Position numbers and translations under genes: made by a program. A DNA stretch of 64,000 nucleotides from NCBI GenBank assembly GCA_904063045.1, contig CAJFCJ010000012.1:186001-250000 (forward strand), read 5' to 3'. Under the pieces are notes generated by a model. It worked only from the letters and a program-made list of their open reading frames with translations. It had not been told where the DNA came from and did no database searches. Source of the stretch: Dimorphilus gyrociliatus. Its lineage: Eukaryota; Animalia; Annelida. Shown here in pieces: positions 1 to 12,482 of this stretch (position 1 is its first letter; each line of letters begins with the position of its first letter).

Positions 1-612
1 CGTGTTAAGTCGTAGTTTCTATTTAGATATAAACTTGAGAGGATATCTATATCTATATATAAATATATAATTTATAGCGTTTGACTATGTTAAACTATTC
101 TAGATATGTTTATCAAGTAAATAAAGAAAAGGAAATATTATAATTCTATTAAAAGATTTCACTTGGTTAATTTGTTTAAAAACAGCCACGAGTTGTGATC
201 TTTGAATGAGATATGCGAGTAAAACGAAAACGGGACATATGAACAATCTAAAAGTTTATTTTTACTATAAAATACTACGGATAATTAATAAAGTTCGTAA
301 GATGGCGACACCATTTATTAGTAAAACGAAAATATCAATATCTAGATCGTCCTCTAAAAGATAATGGTAGTTTATCGTATGTTATTGGTATTAACAGGAA
401 TTTGCTGAGTAAAAGCAAAACACTTGTAGATAGCGATATAGAAATATGAAATACTTTATAAGAGCGGACTAATATACCTTTTCCACATTTTTGTGTATAT
501 ATTTTAATGTTTTAGACTATACAATATGTTGATCCGAATCGCTAACAATAATCAACTTGAATGGACGGATTGATCTGCAGTGACAAAGTTTGTTATGCAA
601 ATCGAGCAGGTG

Positions 613-660
613 GTCACGTGATAATTCATTTGTTTAGCTATCTTTGCATGACAACGGCAG
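613..660 (+). promoter_or_regulatory. Putative SPATA1 proximal promoter elements: E-box GTCACGTGA and a degenerate X-box-like site
   Basis: GTCACGTGA at 613-621 and CTTTGCATGACAAC at about 642-655 (right half resembles an RFX X-box) lie within 80 nt of the ATG. Motif match only. Confidence 0.3.
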
Positions 661-687
661 ATTGCTCTCTGCTTTTCAACTGGTAAT

Positions 688-3600
688 ATGCCCACGACAA
701 CTGAGGATTATGAAAAACGCCAGAAATTTAGACCTCCTTCCGGTCAGGTAGGCCTACTGTTCATCAACTTAACTTTATAGTAAACTTAATCATACGGAAG
801 AGCTAATTTAAGAGCGTTAAGAGCTTTTGTTTTACGTAGTATCTAAGAAAATTATCTTTTAAAATCCAGAAGCTAGTATTGGAGTGTATTTTCTTTTAAA
901 ATCAATCAGAAGATAACATATTTCATTAAAATGCTTATCAGTTATGTCAAAATACAAAGACTTGCGTTTAAAAGAGAGACTTCAATGTTCAAAATGCCCA
1001 AGTAAATAACAGATAACTGTTATTCTTGTAGATATACAAGACAGACAATGAATGTAAGACAATTTTATCTCTTCATCAACTCCTCTCTAAAATTATTTTC
1101 TGTGAAAATCTCTTTCATATAAAAGAGAAATGCGATATTTACTATTTTCTATATACGAAACAAGATGAATTACACTCTCTTACTATAGAGAAAAATTTTC
1201 ACATATACTAATTCTTATAACTCATTAATAACCCTAAACATGAGGGTCAGATTATCAATGTAAATTCTATCAAAAACACTTTTTTGTGATATGTTACGTT
1301 CGTTAGATTTTATTGGATTTTCTTATTAAGAAAAGGTTCTTATTCGACGTTAAACAACCTCGTGTAAATATTATGCATGAATTAGATTGGACGGTTTTAT
1401 TTGACTTATTTACGAAGCCATGCTGTTGCCTGGTGATAATTGTTTTTAAAAAAACTTTTGAATTGTATTGCATTTTCGTTCTGAACAATTTAATTATCAT
1501 TTCTTTGAAATGGTGAGTAGATGAATGTTCATTTAATTAGCTATAATAAAATACTTAATAATTAATAAATTAAAGAGTTGTTTTATATTAATAATTAGTT
1601 TTAGAATGATTGAAATCTTCTATGTCTTTCATAAACTCTTCAAAAAAGTTATTCAGATTCATTGATATAGACTTTTATAATAAACACTTTGTCAATAACT
1701 TAATAATTAGTAGTATTTTTTTAATTAAACCAATTGTTATGATAATATCTCATTATTTGTATTCAGTTCTCCTGTTCAGATCAATTGAAATTTTAAGAAC
1801 CTAGTGCAATCCTTAAAAATTGATTTACTCGTATTTCTATTATATGTTAGATATAGATATAAATATATGTTCTTTTTTAAGTGATAGCTTTCATATTTTA
1901 GGGAAATTTTCCTATTTTCCCAAGTGTTGGACTATTTCTTTATGAATAGTCTAATAAAAAAATCCTCTCTTAACGGGTTGTTCTATTTTCATTTTTATAA
2001 CTCTACTTATAAGAAAATTTATATTCTTTTCAGTTGGCTGATCTACATATCTATGTTGTACCAGTTGATCTGTGGAGGAGTCATCTTCGAAGTGCGGATA
2101 ATGCCGTTATTGAAAAAACAGTTTCTGCAGGATATGTTAGGTTAGTGTCTTACTTTAAAAGAATTAACGCCATATTCAATAAGTAGTTTATGTAAGTTTT
2201 TCTTAGCTGATTAAGGTTTTATAAAGAATTGAATAAGTGTATGAACAGTTAGATAGAGGAGCTTATTTAATATAGGATCAATTTCACTTTGTGTACAACA
2301 GCTTCAGTGTGAACTAAACTTATTGATTGGACATGTATTCTTTTGTAGTATTGTTTGATTTTTACATATATTTTACTTAATAACAGACAAAGTAATTAAA
2401 TAGAAAGAAGGTATTTGACAAAAATTCTAAATTCTTCCAGTTTTTATTGAATAATCAAAATGAGAATTTTTTCCCAGCCGATCGATATAGATATATTTCA
2501 GTAAATATTTACAAATATTTTACTTATTTTACATACAAAAATCACTTAAAAAGTCACATTTATTTTAGCAAGTAACAAAGAAAATTTGATTGATTTCGTA
2601 TGATCAATTCATTGATGATTTTTTATATTTACACTAATCTGTAACAATATTTAATATAAATCTTATAGTTACTTTTCGAAAAAGTAAATAGAAAGTAAAG
2701 TTCTCTTATATTTTTCCTTGTTTTTTGCTCATTATTTTAATGATTTTCTCTAAATTCTTTACGCAGAGTTCATCCAGACGTTTCCATTTACAATTTAAGG
2801 GAAGAAATAGAAGCTCAGTTGGGTAATGAAGATATTATTCCAAAGGAATTCATCTTTCTCAAAAGCGTTGGAAGATGTCTAACAAAGGTTTTATATGTTA
2901 CACCTAACTTTAGTATTTTTACAATTGCTTAATTTTGTAAAACTACGTCAATTGTATCTTTAAATATTAAAATTTTAGTATAAGATAATCCATTATATTG
3001 TCTAAACAACTTTTAAGCTCATTTTCAAGTAATACCCTAAGTGTGCTCGTAACTTTTAGAGTATTTAGAGAAAGATAAATCCACATTACGTAAAAAATGT
3101 TAAGAATGATCTTGTATCACTTTATAATCTCTATTTTGTGTATTATAACGACTAGATAAATTTATAATTAAAGGCATAAATATCTGAATTTATACTCGTA
3201 AGCGAAATATACAATAAGATAACTGTTTAGAGTAATCAAACTCTCTATATGAATGATTATTGGGCCTTTTTGTATTGAATACGACGTGGTATTCTACAGA
3301 TAAACGTATAAAATATATAAAATATTTTACCAATAGCATATCTTTACAGCTTTCTCATGCACTTAACAGGGTTAATCGTCCAATAATCAGTTTAGTTGTT
3401 ACGCAACGCTAGTCCTATAATCCTCAAGTTACAACATTCAACATTATCTAAAAACTTTCAATAAAAAATATATTAACAACTAGATAATCAATTACTATTT
3501 GATTCTTTTTTCAGGTGAAACTCAGGCAGGAATATTCGACGAAAGTGAAACATTTTTTACCTCCTCATGTAAGTTTGAATATTTGTATTCATAGATCGAT

Positions 3601-6600
3601 TAAGACCACAAAAAAGCGTCACTTAGCCGTTTTCGAACTAATCGATTTCCTATAAGGTTAATGACGCTGATAAATATAATATTCTGGGTAGAAACACCCA
3701 TAAATTATAGAAAATAATATAACAGTTAACCTCCTACGTTTCTTTTCAAAGATATTTAATCATTTTATTCTTATTTTCACACATTTTTTATTATCTTAAA
3801 CAATTATCCACTTAGAGCCTTCTAAACAACTTGTAATTGTTTATTAAATCATAGGCTTATCTACCGGAAATATTTCTTCTGGAAGCTCTTCCTGAATGGA
3901 GAGAATGCTATACAAGTAGATCATCTTCCGAGCATTCGGAAAGTCGAAATTGGAATGCTTACAAACCTGTTCCACCAATAAGAGATGGTGTGTACCGTAA
4001 TCATGTTTCCGTTCAAACAGGTCAGTCATATATGTAGAAAATCCCCTAATCCGCACTATCCACTTGACAAAAATTTATACCCACTAACTATTTCTTACCC
4101 GTGAGTGATTATTTACTGTTTATATGATTTTTTTATTGATTAATCGTTATTCATGTATATTTATAATTATTAACTAATGATTTTAGAGAATTATCTGCTG
4201 TTAATCCCTATATTCCTCAGTTACTTATTAACCATTCGCACGAAACTTAAAATTTGCAAAGCCATTCTTTTTCTCTTCTTCTTCTTCTCCTTTTTTTTCT
4301 TGTTCACCCATCCCTCCGCCTCCTCTCAAGCACTTGTATGATTACTGCACATTTTTTTCTTAGTTTTTTTTCACCTTCTATAAGGAAGAGAAACTAAATT
4401 TAAATAATTTTTTATTAAATTTGTTTTGACTTTCTTTTTTTTTTAACTTTGAAAAAAAAACACTTTTGATGGAATTTTTCCAGTTTTTTTTGACAATTTT
4501 TAGTCCGAAAATTGATGACAGAACACAAAATCGACTTAACTTTATAAAAGAATCTATATTCGTTTCATATACTGTATAAACTAACATTTTTACTTATTAA
4601 TCAATATTTTGATAGAAATTGATTTTTTAAGCTTTGAAAAGAAAACACTCAGTAGAAGGTAATTATTAATCTAACCCCCCATTTTTTTTTATAAATATTC
4701 ATATGATGAATATTCAAGTATGTTTTAAAATAGTTTTCTTTTCTTCGATATTTCTTTATTCATGTATAGAAGATAGAAAAAGAAATATTTTTCTTCTCTT
4801 CAAATAGAGTGAAACAATAATGATTTATTGATAAATAATGTTAACGTGCTAAAATCTTGTTTTAATAGGATTTATCTTCTTTTCTAGATGAGTTCAATAG
4901 CTATTAATCAAATCTTTCTTTTTTGATATGAAACAAATTACAACAGACACTAGTGTCATCTGTCAACAATTTTCGGATATTCAATGAAAAATATCTATTT
5001 TTGTAAAAAAAATTCAACAAATTTTTCTTCAACGAAACTTTTTAGGCAATTGGAAAGTAGAAAGACATCCTGTTAGATCACCAATTAACAAGTATTCAAT
5101 AGGGACACAAACAAATGGTGTTCTCTATAAATCACCATCCATTCCGAAACTACATTCCGAAACTCCAATTAAAACTAGTCACGAATCCCAGTCTACCCAA
5201 ACTTACTATAGAAGTCCAATTCAAACACCAATTATGCCAAAAAATAGCGACATTGCCGTTCAAACAATGCGCGTTCAGAGCCCTGAACAGCGTTGGCGAA
5301 ACTACGCTGTGCAAACTGAGGAATATGTGGAGGAATCAATGTTTCTTGTAGGTACTCCACCTGTCCAGAATTCCTATTTACCACCCGTCAGTGCAACACC
5401 TCCAAGGACTCCTTCCCCGAAATATATTGATGAGGATGCGGAGAGGAGACGCCTGGAGGAGTTAAGGTCAATATTAAAATATTATTTTGTCTTGTAAAGC
5501 TTCTTTTTAAAAGCTTCAATCTATTTTCGTAAATATTTTCACTTTATTTGATTTCCAGTTAAATCCTTATTCTAAATGGAACAATCCAAGAATAAGTAAG
5601 AATGTAGCTGAAGAAAGAATTAGATAGTTTAAATTTATTATCAGTAGTTATTAACAACCTATATATCAATAATTGTTCGTATCAATTCCCAAATTATATG
5701 TATTCAAATGCACACAATAAATTGGCAATTAAAATTATATTGACAATTATAATCTTGTCTATTACAGACGCTTAAGAGAAGAAGAAGAGCGCAGAAGAAG
5801 AGCTTTGGAAGAAGAGTTGCGTCGACAGAGAGAGCTTGAGGAGCTCGAAAGATTAAAGAGGAGGAAGGTAGGAATCCAATTCTTTTAATTAGTCTTTTAC
5901 TATAAAATAATGGGTATTAGAAAAAACGAGGTTATTTTTTTAAATTTTGACAAAAGTTTTTTGATTCTTTGAAAAAAATTTGTTTCGTGGAGTTTAAAAC
6001 TTTAAAGAAAGTAATGTATTCATTAGACTCCAGAACTTATTAAACAATCACCAATTCCGCCTATTCAACCGGAACCAAAACCAGAACCAGAACCAGAGCC
6101 AAAACCCAATTTAAGTTTACAGTCCGCGCCAAAACAACGATCACCAACACCACCTCCATCAAATCCAACTCCTCCTCCTCCTCCTCCTCGTCTTCCTCCC
6201 TCTCCACCAACTCCAGAACCATCTCCTTCTCAAAAAATAGTTGAATTGAAACATAAAGACCCTCCCTTAGAGAAACCAAACGAAAGTATTATTCCTAATC
6301 CTAAAAAAATAGAAACTTTACACAAGCCAGAACCAGAACCTGAAACTTTGCCAACTCAACCACTTCCTACATCATCTAGAAAATCTAATAAAAAAGAGCA
6401 AGTCCACACCACCGTGAAGGTAGAACGAGATCACAGTCGAAAATTGATTTTTGTCGCACATAGTTGTTTTTTATTTTGCAAAAACATTTTTTATGATTTT
6501 GATTGATTTTTATTCTAACTACTTCTTAATTCTTTAATAACTTAAAAGATTAATCGAAACAGTGGGTTATAGTTAACGACTAATCTTTGAATTTCGTGCT

Positions 6601-7085
6601 TTTTTAGAGGACGCCCACGCCACCTCCGCCTTCGCCAAGATTAGATAAAGTGAACGAAAGTAATACAAGCTAATAAAATCATGTCTGTTAATAAATATTT
6701 AATGAATAATATTTGTAGAAAATCGCCTTCTAGCGGAACTTCAAAGAATTCGAGAAGAGAGGGAAGAGATTGAATTAAAACGAGAAGAATTAATGCGTAA
6801 ATGCAAGCTGCTGCATTCAAAGTTTACTAACAGGAGAGATCAGGCAAAAAATATTTGGAAACAAAAATACTATGAGCAAAAGAAGAAAACTCCACCAATT
6901 GAGGAGAAATGTGCAAAGTTAAAGCTGGAATTGGAATCTACACATAAAAGACTTATGATACAGATGGAAGGAAGGGAGAAGGATGGAAGAAAATTAAATC
7001 TGGACAAGCCGTCCGAACACGTAAGTAAAGAGATATTTCAATAAACATTATGTATATATATATATACTGTATAAATTTATATATA

Positions 7086-7121
<36 letters not shown>

Positions 7122-7959
7122 ATACTAAACTTTTTTCAAATAGTCCTTTTCTAGCATATTATTAACAATATTTTGATTATAAATTTATTAATGACTTATT
7201 AATATTTATATTAATAGTAATATTAATCTATTAAAAGGACAACTTTGAGCATTTTATAGAAAAAAGTTTGTTTATTCTTTAGTTTTGTTAAGTTCATTTT
7301 AATACAGAATCACCATTTTTTCCCGCACCTCGGTTCAGGTAGTTGTGTGTTTTTGCACATTTAACACAATAACAGAAAATTGTTTTTGTTTATAAATATT
7401 AACGAGCACTTTATAATTTGCAAAAATAAAAGTAAAAACTTTTCATTGTCTATTAATAAAATTAATGTTTTTATTTTATTATTGTTTATAATTAATAGAC
7501 TGTGAGAAATAGATAGACATGCTGTATATTTATATAAATTATATGTAAAGAAAGGATTTGTGTATATTTCTCACTCATTTCATTTTTTCAATCTTTTATA
7601 GATGAACTTGCGTTTGCAAGCAACGAGGACTCAGCACTTTATAGACGATTTACACAGAAAAATCGAAAATATTAAAATGAAGCTTACAGCAGAAATGAAA
7701 GTAATATGATAAACATTATTTTTGTATCCTCCTTCTTAGCTTTAGAAGACAAAAGAATAAGCTATGTAATATTGTTCTAAAATATTTAATTTGTATTTCT
7801 TAGCTTCGCCACCAAGCTGAAACTGAACAGAGAGCTTTAAGGGCTGAATTAACGCAGAAAAAAATTAACGTAACCCTATCGCGTAATCAACGACTAGAAC
7901 AACTGAAAACTCAGGATGCTCTTCCGTCTCATCGTTCGCCAATAACAACGTCTCGTTAG
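688..7959 (+). CDS. SPATA1: Spermatogenesis-associated protein 1 (SPATA1) homolog, 12 coding exons, about 676 aa
   Basis: Exons 688-747, 2034-2140, 2767-2887, 3515-3568, 3855-4020, 5046-5466, 5768-5867, 6027-6419, 6608-6659, 6719-7020, 7602-7700, 7804-7959. All are GT-AG and phase-compatible (2031 nt including stop). The N-terminus LADLHIYVVPVDLW...SAGYVRVHPDVSIYNLREEIEAQLG...KEFIFLKSVGRCLTKVK...HFLPPHAYLPEIFLL and the C-terminal coiled coil IWKQKYYEQKKKTPPIEE...HKRLMIQMEGRE...KMKLTAEMKLRHQAETEQRALRAELTQKK match the SPATA1 N- and C-terminal blocks as I recall them. Confidence 0.85.
7089..7116. repeat. (TA)n microsatellite in a SPATA1 intron
   Basis: About 14 TA units seen directly. Confidence 0.9.
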
Positions 7960-10003
7960 ACTACTTTGGTGCTGTTCTGATTAAAAGAAAATATTTTATG
8001 AAAAAAATTCATTTCTTTTCTTGATTGTCATACTGCAGTAGAAAAAAGTATTAACCTTATAATTACATAGATATTTCAGTTCAACAACGTCAACTTTATA
8101 GCTTCTATTCATTCATATCCATACTATTCTAGTAATAGTAATGAACTTATAATTGATTGTCTATAAGTTCTGTTGATTATATATGCGTTGCGGTTCTGAA
8201 ATATTTACTTATTTACGTGTAAATGATTAATTCATTAAAAAAAATAATTCTATCAAACAAGATGTTTTGTTTGATTGTTTATTTTCTTTTTATTTTCATT
8301 GAAGATGTTTTCTCCGAGTTAAAATTGAAAATAATAGAAATAGACTTTTCAATAAACAAACCATGCTATCTCAATAAATTAATAAAGAAAGCTACATGTG
8401 AACATTTTATATCTCTTGTTACATATTGTGAATATAAATAGAAGCAAATGTATACATGAATATCTACAGCAAAGGGAATAGAATGTCCAATTCAAACAAA
8501 CATCTAATTAAACAACATATTATCCTTCTGTGGTCCCGTAATCTAATATAGCGCTTTTGTGTTCTTTTGCGTTAAGCTATTGACAGAAGAGATTTAGCCA
8601 TCACAAGTTTGATTCAATAGGTTTCTTTTATTTTCATTGTACAAGTTTTCATATGCACTGACAAGAAGAATTTGATATTAATTACAAACGCTTTAAGCAT
8701 GTTAGCAGTCTGCAACAGATTGTATCCTGAGTATCCATATTTCACTTTTATTTATGGTAATATTCCTAATTGTTTCTGCCTTCCTTTCGTAGCTTTATTT
8801 CATTGTTTAGAATCTTGTTTTCTTCTACCAATTCTGTCCATTTGCCATTAAATTATCGTTGCAAATCCATTATGTTGAAAATCAATACCTGGAAATTAGC
8901 CACCAGTTTTTGGCTAAAGAACACATACAACATGGACTAAACTAGACCAATGATATTTCATATGAAACAGTGACCGAAGGATGGTGATATGGTTGTTTAT
9001 TTAAACAGACCTGCTTGAATTTTAATGTCCAAGCGGTTATACGTTTCGCATCAGACGTTTTCCTTTGTTACCTCAAATACACATGTATTATAAATATAAT
9101 ATAGGAAAATGTTCTTTAATATATATATATATAACTTTATATACCGTATATATTATATATTTTATTACTTCAATGGCCAAAGTTCAATACAGAGTATAGA
9201 AGATATTTTAATAACTTTATTATAAGCTAGCTTTGTATATGTTCGAAGATAGTACTGTCTTTTTATATTTATAATATATTTTGTTGGTAGAACTCATTGA
9301 ATGTAAAACAAGAATATTTTTTAAACAAGATAATCTAGATAAGGGATGGTTAAAAGTAGGATTACATCAATCTATCGAACTTTTTTCGTACTTTAATTAC
9401 CTGTTGAGAAGTGGTCACGCATTCTCCTCAACTATTATAGTTATATAGATTTTAGAATATAGCAATTATCTTACAAATGTTGTCATTTCTTGAAAAGATT
9501 TCCACACATGACTGTTAATAGAATTTAAAAGTTATTTTTAAATATTAATGAGAACGTTGTGATTCTTTAAAGACTCAAAGTATTCATTAACTATCAAGGT
9601 ATCCCTTCGTCTTTCTTTTTAGAATAGAGAGATACCAATTGAGTAGTTTCTACCTTGAAGTTAAAGCACAAATATTATTTCAGAGTACAATATTTTACTG
9701 TACCTTGCATTTTGAGACAACTTTTAATTGTATATTTCTATTATAAAACGTACAAATTATTTGTTTTCAATAGTGCTATTATGTAAAAAGTTTTAATATA
9801 GTGCATTTATATTTATATGGTCAGTACTTACAAAAAAGCACTGTATACATTGAAACTCGAAATTAGGTAAAATAAAAATTATTCTATTTCTCAACAAGAC
9901 TACAAACTAGATATAGGCAGTATGACAACGTCCCATTAGTGAGGCCATCGTATTCTGTGGCGCTTCATTTCCACTTGAAGCGTCTAAGAAAAGAAGACAA
10001 ATA

Positions 10004-10406
10004 ATGAAGATTCTCAGCGCTTCTCTCCTTGTTTTCACGTTGGCTTTTACGATCAATATTATTGTTGGAAAAGTGCTTTCCACTGGTGAAATTGATGAAA
10101 ATGTTGGTCTTAATTATAACGATGAGTTCAAAATTCTGATTTTATGCTTAATTCGAGCTAAGGAATTGGTAAGTTATTTTTTTAAATAGAAATACCAAAT
10201 GAAATCAAAGTTGTCTTTAGGAGTCTCTTGGATACGTTAAAGAAGCGAAAATGATGGAAGGTAAGATTATTTAATAATAGTAAAAGAATATTTAGGTCTT
10301 ATTTTATAATAAAATAAATAGAATATTTATATTTTTCCCTTCAGATATTGATTTTTGTAAGGCTACTATGAAACAGAAAAGAGAAACCATACCCTTTTTT
10401 GGTTAA
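10004..10406 (+). CDS. Small secreted prepropeptide (88 aa), candidate amidated neuropeptide precursor (ETIPFF-amide)
   Basis: Exons 10004-10168 (gtaagt donor), 10221-10260 (gtaaga donor) and 10345-10406 are in frame. Product: MKILSASLLVFTLAFTINIIVGKVLSTGEIDENVGLNYNDEFKILILCLIRAKELESLGYVKEAKMMEDIDFCKATMKQKRETIPFFG*. It has a hydrophobic signal peptide, two Cys, a dibasic KR site and a terminal Gly before the stop. Confidence 0.75.
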
Positions 10407-11543
10407 ACTGTTAGCTGAGTAAAAGAGTCTGTAGTAGTTTAATGAGTGTTCTTGTCAATGAGTACGAATAACACAATCTGGTCATCCGTTCCTAAAAATA
10501 TAGATAAAGTTCCCCAGTCCCAGTGTCTAAATTTTAAGAATAAATAACAACAAACAACACAAATTAACCGAGAAGGATTTAAAAATTAGATTAAACTATT
10601 ACCTCGCGATTGTATTATTCTTTTTATTCTTCTTAATTTTATAGAAGAATTAAGCATGACTATTCCCTTTATTCTTCTTTTTTGAAATAAAAATAATAAC
10701 AATAGAATGAATATTTTTTAAATCATCTATCAATATAATTGTATTTTTCTTTTCTTGTCACATTAGTAAACTAAACTAGATTATCTCTCGGTCTTCACGG
10801 AGTCTATTTTCTACTTAAAAAAACGACTTAATCCCATTGTAGAAAGTCACGCAATAATTCTTAAAGAAGTATAAAAATTCATATAATATTAACCGAAATA
10901 CAGTATTATGACTATAAAATATAAACAATGCCATAAATGTTTTACTCTAGTTTAATCATCAGTTAAGTATAAAATCACTTAGTTACGTTTTAATATTATG
11001 CATATATTATGACAATGATCTTCATTTTTATTGTTATGTTAGTGATAGGAAACTATAATTTGCACATTTTTAATCAGTTTTATTTAAACGCATAAAATAT
11101 ATATGAAGAACTAGATCAAATTGTCAATGGACTATAAACTTCTTGATGCTTCTACTCTTAAGAATCATATTTCCTCCCTATTTTCTTGCCAATTCGGATC
11201 TTATATCCGGCTGAATAATTAAATAAAAAAATAATTAATCAACTATAAGGTGACAGAAAATCTAGGAGGTAACAGCTGAACCTTTTTCTGTTTTTGAGTT
11301 GACAAGGCAAACTAATGAAACAATTCTAGATTCTCTTAGGTATTTTGTTATTAAAATTTACTGCAACCATAATGTAGGCATGTCAGTGAGTTGTATTTAC
11401 GTGTTGAAAGATAACGCTTACTTGATTTTCAATATGAATACTGAATCATTTTATTTCTATAGTGATTCTTATCTAGAATGTTTAGTGCCTATATATGTAA
11501 AAACTTTTTATTATGAATATTTAGTATCACGGGATATTTCAAA

Positions 11544-11731
11544 ATGGTAGTAATAAGAAGATTCTTCTGGACCAAACCACGTATGTCTTACAATTGAAAT
11601 TTTAGACTTTCACATAGTAAATTATCAATTACATTTTATTTAATATGTTCGATATCTTTGTGATATGTTATACACTAATTTACCTATAAACTGTATAAAA
11701 TATACTATAAAATTAAAACTTTCTATATATA

Positions 11732-11771
<40 letters not shown>

Positions 11772-12482
11772 ATGTGTGTATGTGTATATATATGTTAAGA
11801 ACGGGTGAAAACTATTCATTTATTTTTTAATTTATATTCATCTTTTTTTCAATATTTAGCTAGCTTTTTCCCAACCTTTTTCTCAATACACTGGCCTAAT
11901 CATACATCTCCAATTTCATCTCCTTATACTTTAAAATTATCCACGCATTCAAAATTCAAATCAACAACATCATCTCCTAATTTTATAAAAACTTCTACTC
12001 AAGTAATTTCTTCTTCAACATTTGGAACTATAGAGAACTTAGAAGCTAAAGACACCAAGACTATGGTTATCTCATTTTCTATACTTGCCCTTGTTTTAAT
12101 TGCCTTATTTATATTGAGTATAACTCTAATAGTGAAAAGAAGAGGCGAAATTCGTAAGCTTAAACTGAGATCTATCACTAGAAGAAGAAATGTTTATGAA
12201 GATATTCAAGACAACTCAAGTAAAAATTGTTCTAGTACCGATGTTGGCAATGTCACAGAAAATTCTTATGAAAATGTTTGCAATGTTATGAGGAGGGCTA
12301 ATGAAAACAGTTGCAGCAGAGAGAGAGCAGAAGTGGCCAGCTACTTGAGCATTAGAACCGAATACGACGACAAAAATCGTAACTCAACTTATTATTTAAC
12401 AATAAGAAGCGATAGCTATACTGATACCGAGGGGAAAAGAGACTGTGTTAGCAAGCATGATTATTTAGATATTAAACCTTGA
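11544..12482 (+). CDS. Single-pass membrane protein with Ser/Thr-rich ectodomain and multi-tyrosine cytoplasmic tail (5' end uncertain)
   Basis: Large terminal exon about 11860/11864-12482 encodes an S/T-rich stalk, TM segment MVISFSILALVLIALFILSITLIV, a KRR stop-transfer signal, and a tail with YEDI, YENV, YLSI, YYLTI and YLDI. An upstream exon ending at 11580 (gtatgt donor) joins in either of two frames: ATG 11544 to the 11860 acceptor, or ATG 11380 plus exon 11525-11580 to the 11864 acceptor. Confidence 0.6.
11735..11794. repeat. Compound (TA)n(TG)n microsatellite
   Basis: Seen directly. Confidence 0.9.

Noticed and set aside
3844-4056. Minus-strand 70-aa ORF
   Set aside because: Antisense shadow of SPATA1 exon 3855-4020.
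6061-6279. Minus-strand ORF with poly-Glu and VL repeats
   Set aside because: Antisense of the Pro-rich SPATA1 exon.
7308-7338. Possible extra 31-nt SPATA1 exon (cag|...|gtagtt)
   Set aside because: It would shift the frame, and the flanking exons join cleanly without it. A poison exon cannot be excluded but has no support.
10383-10403. Assigning ETIPFFamide to SIFamide/FFamide or NPFF families
   Set aside because: Only the terminal Phe-Phe-amide is shared; precursor layout and upstream residues do not match as recalled.
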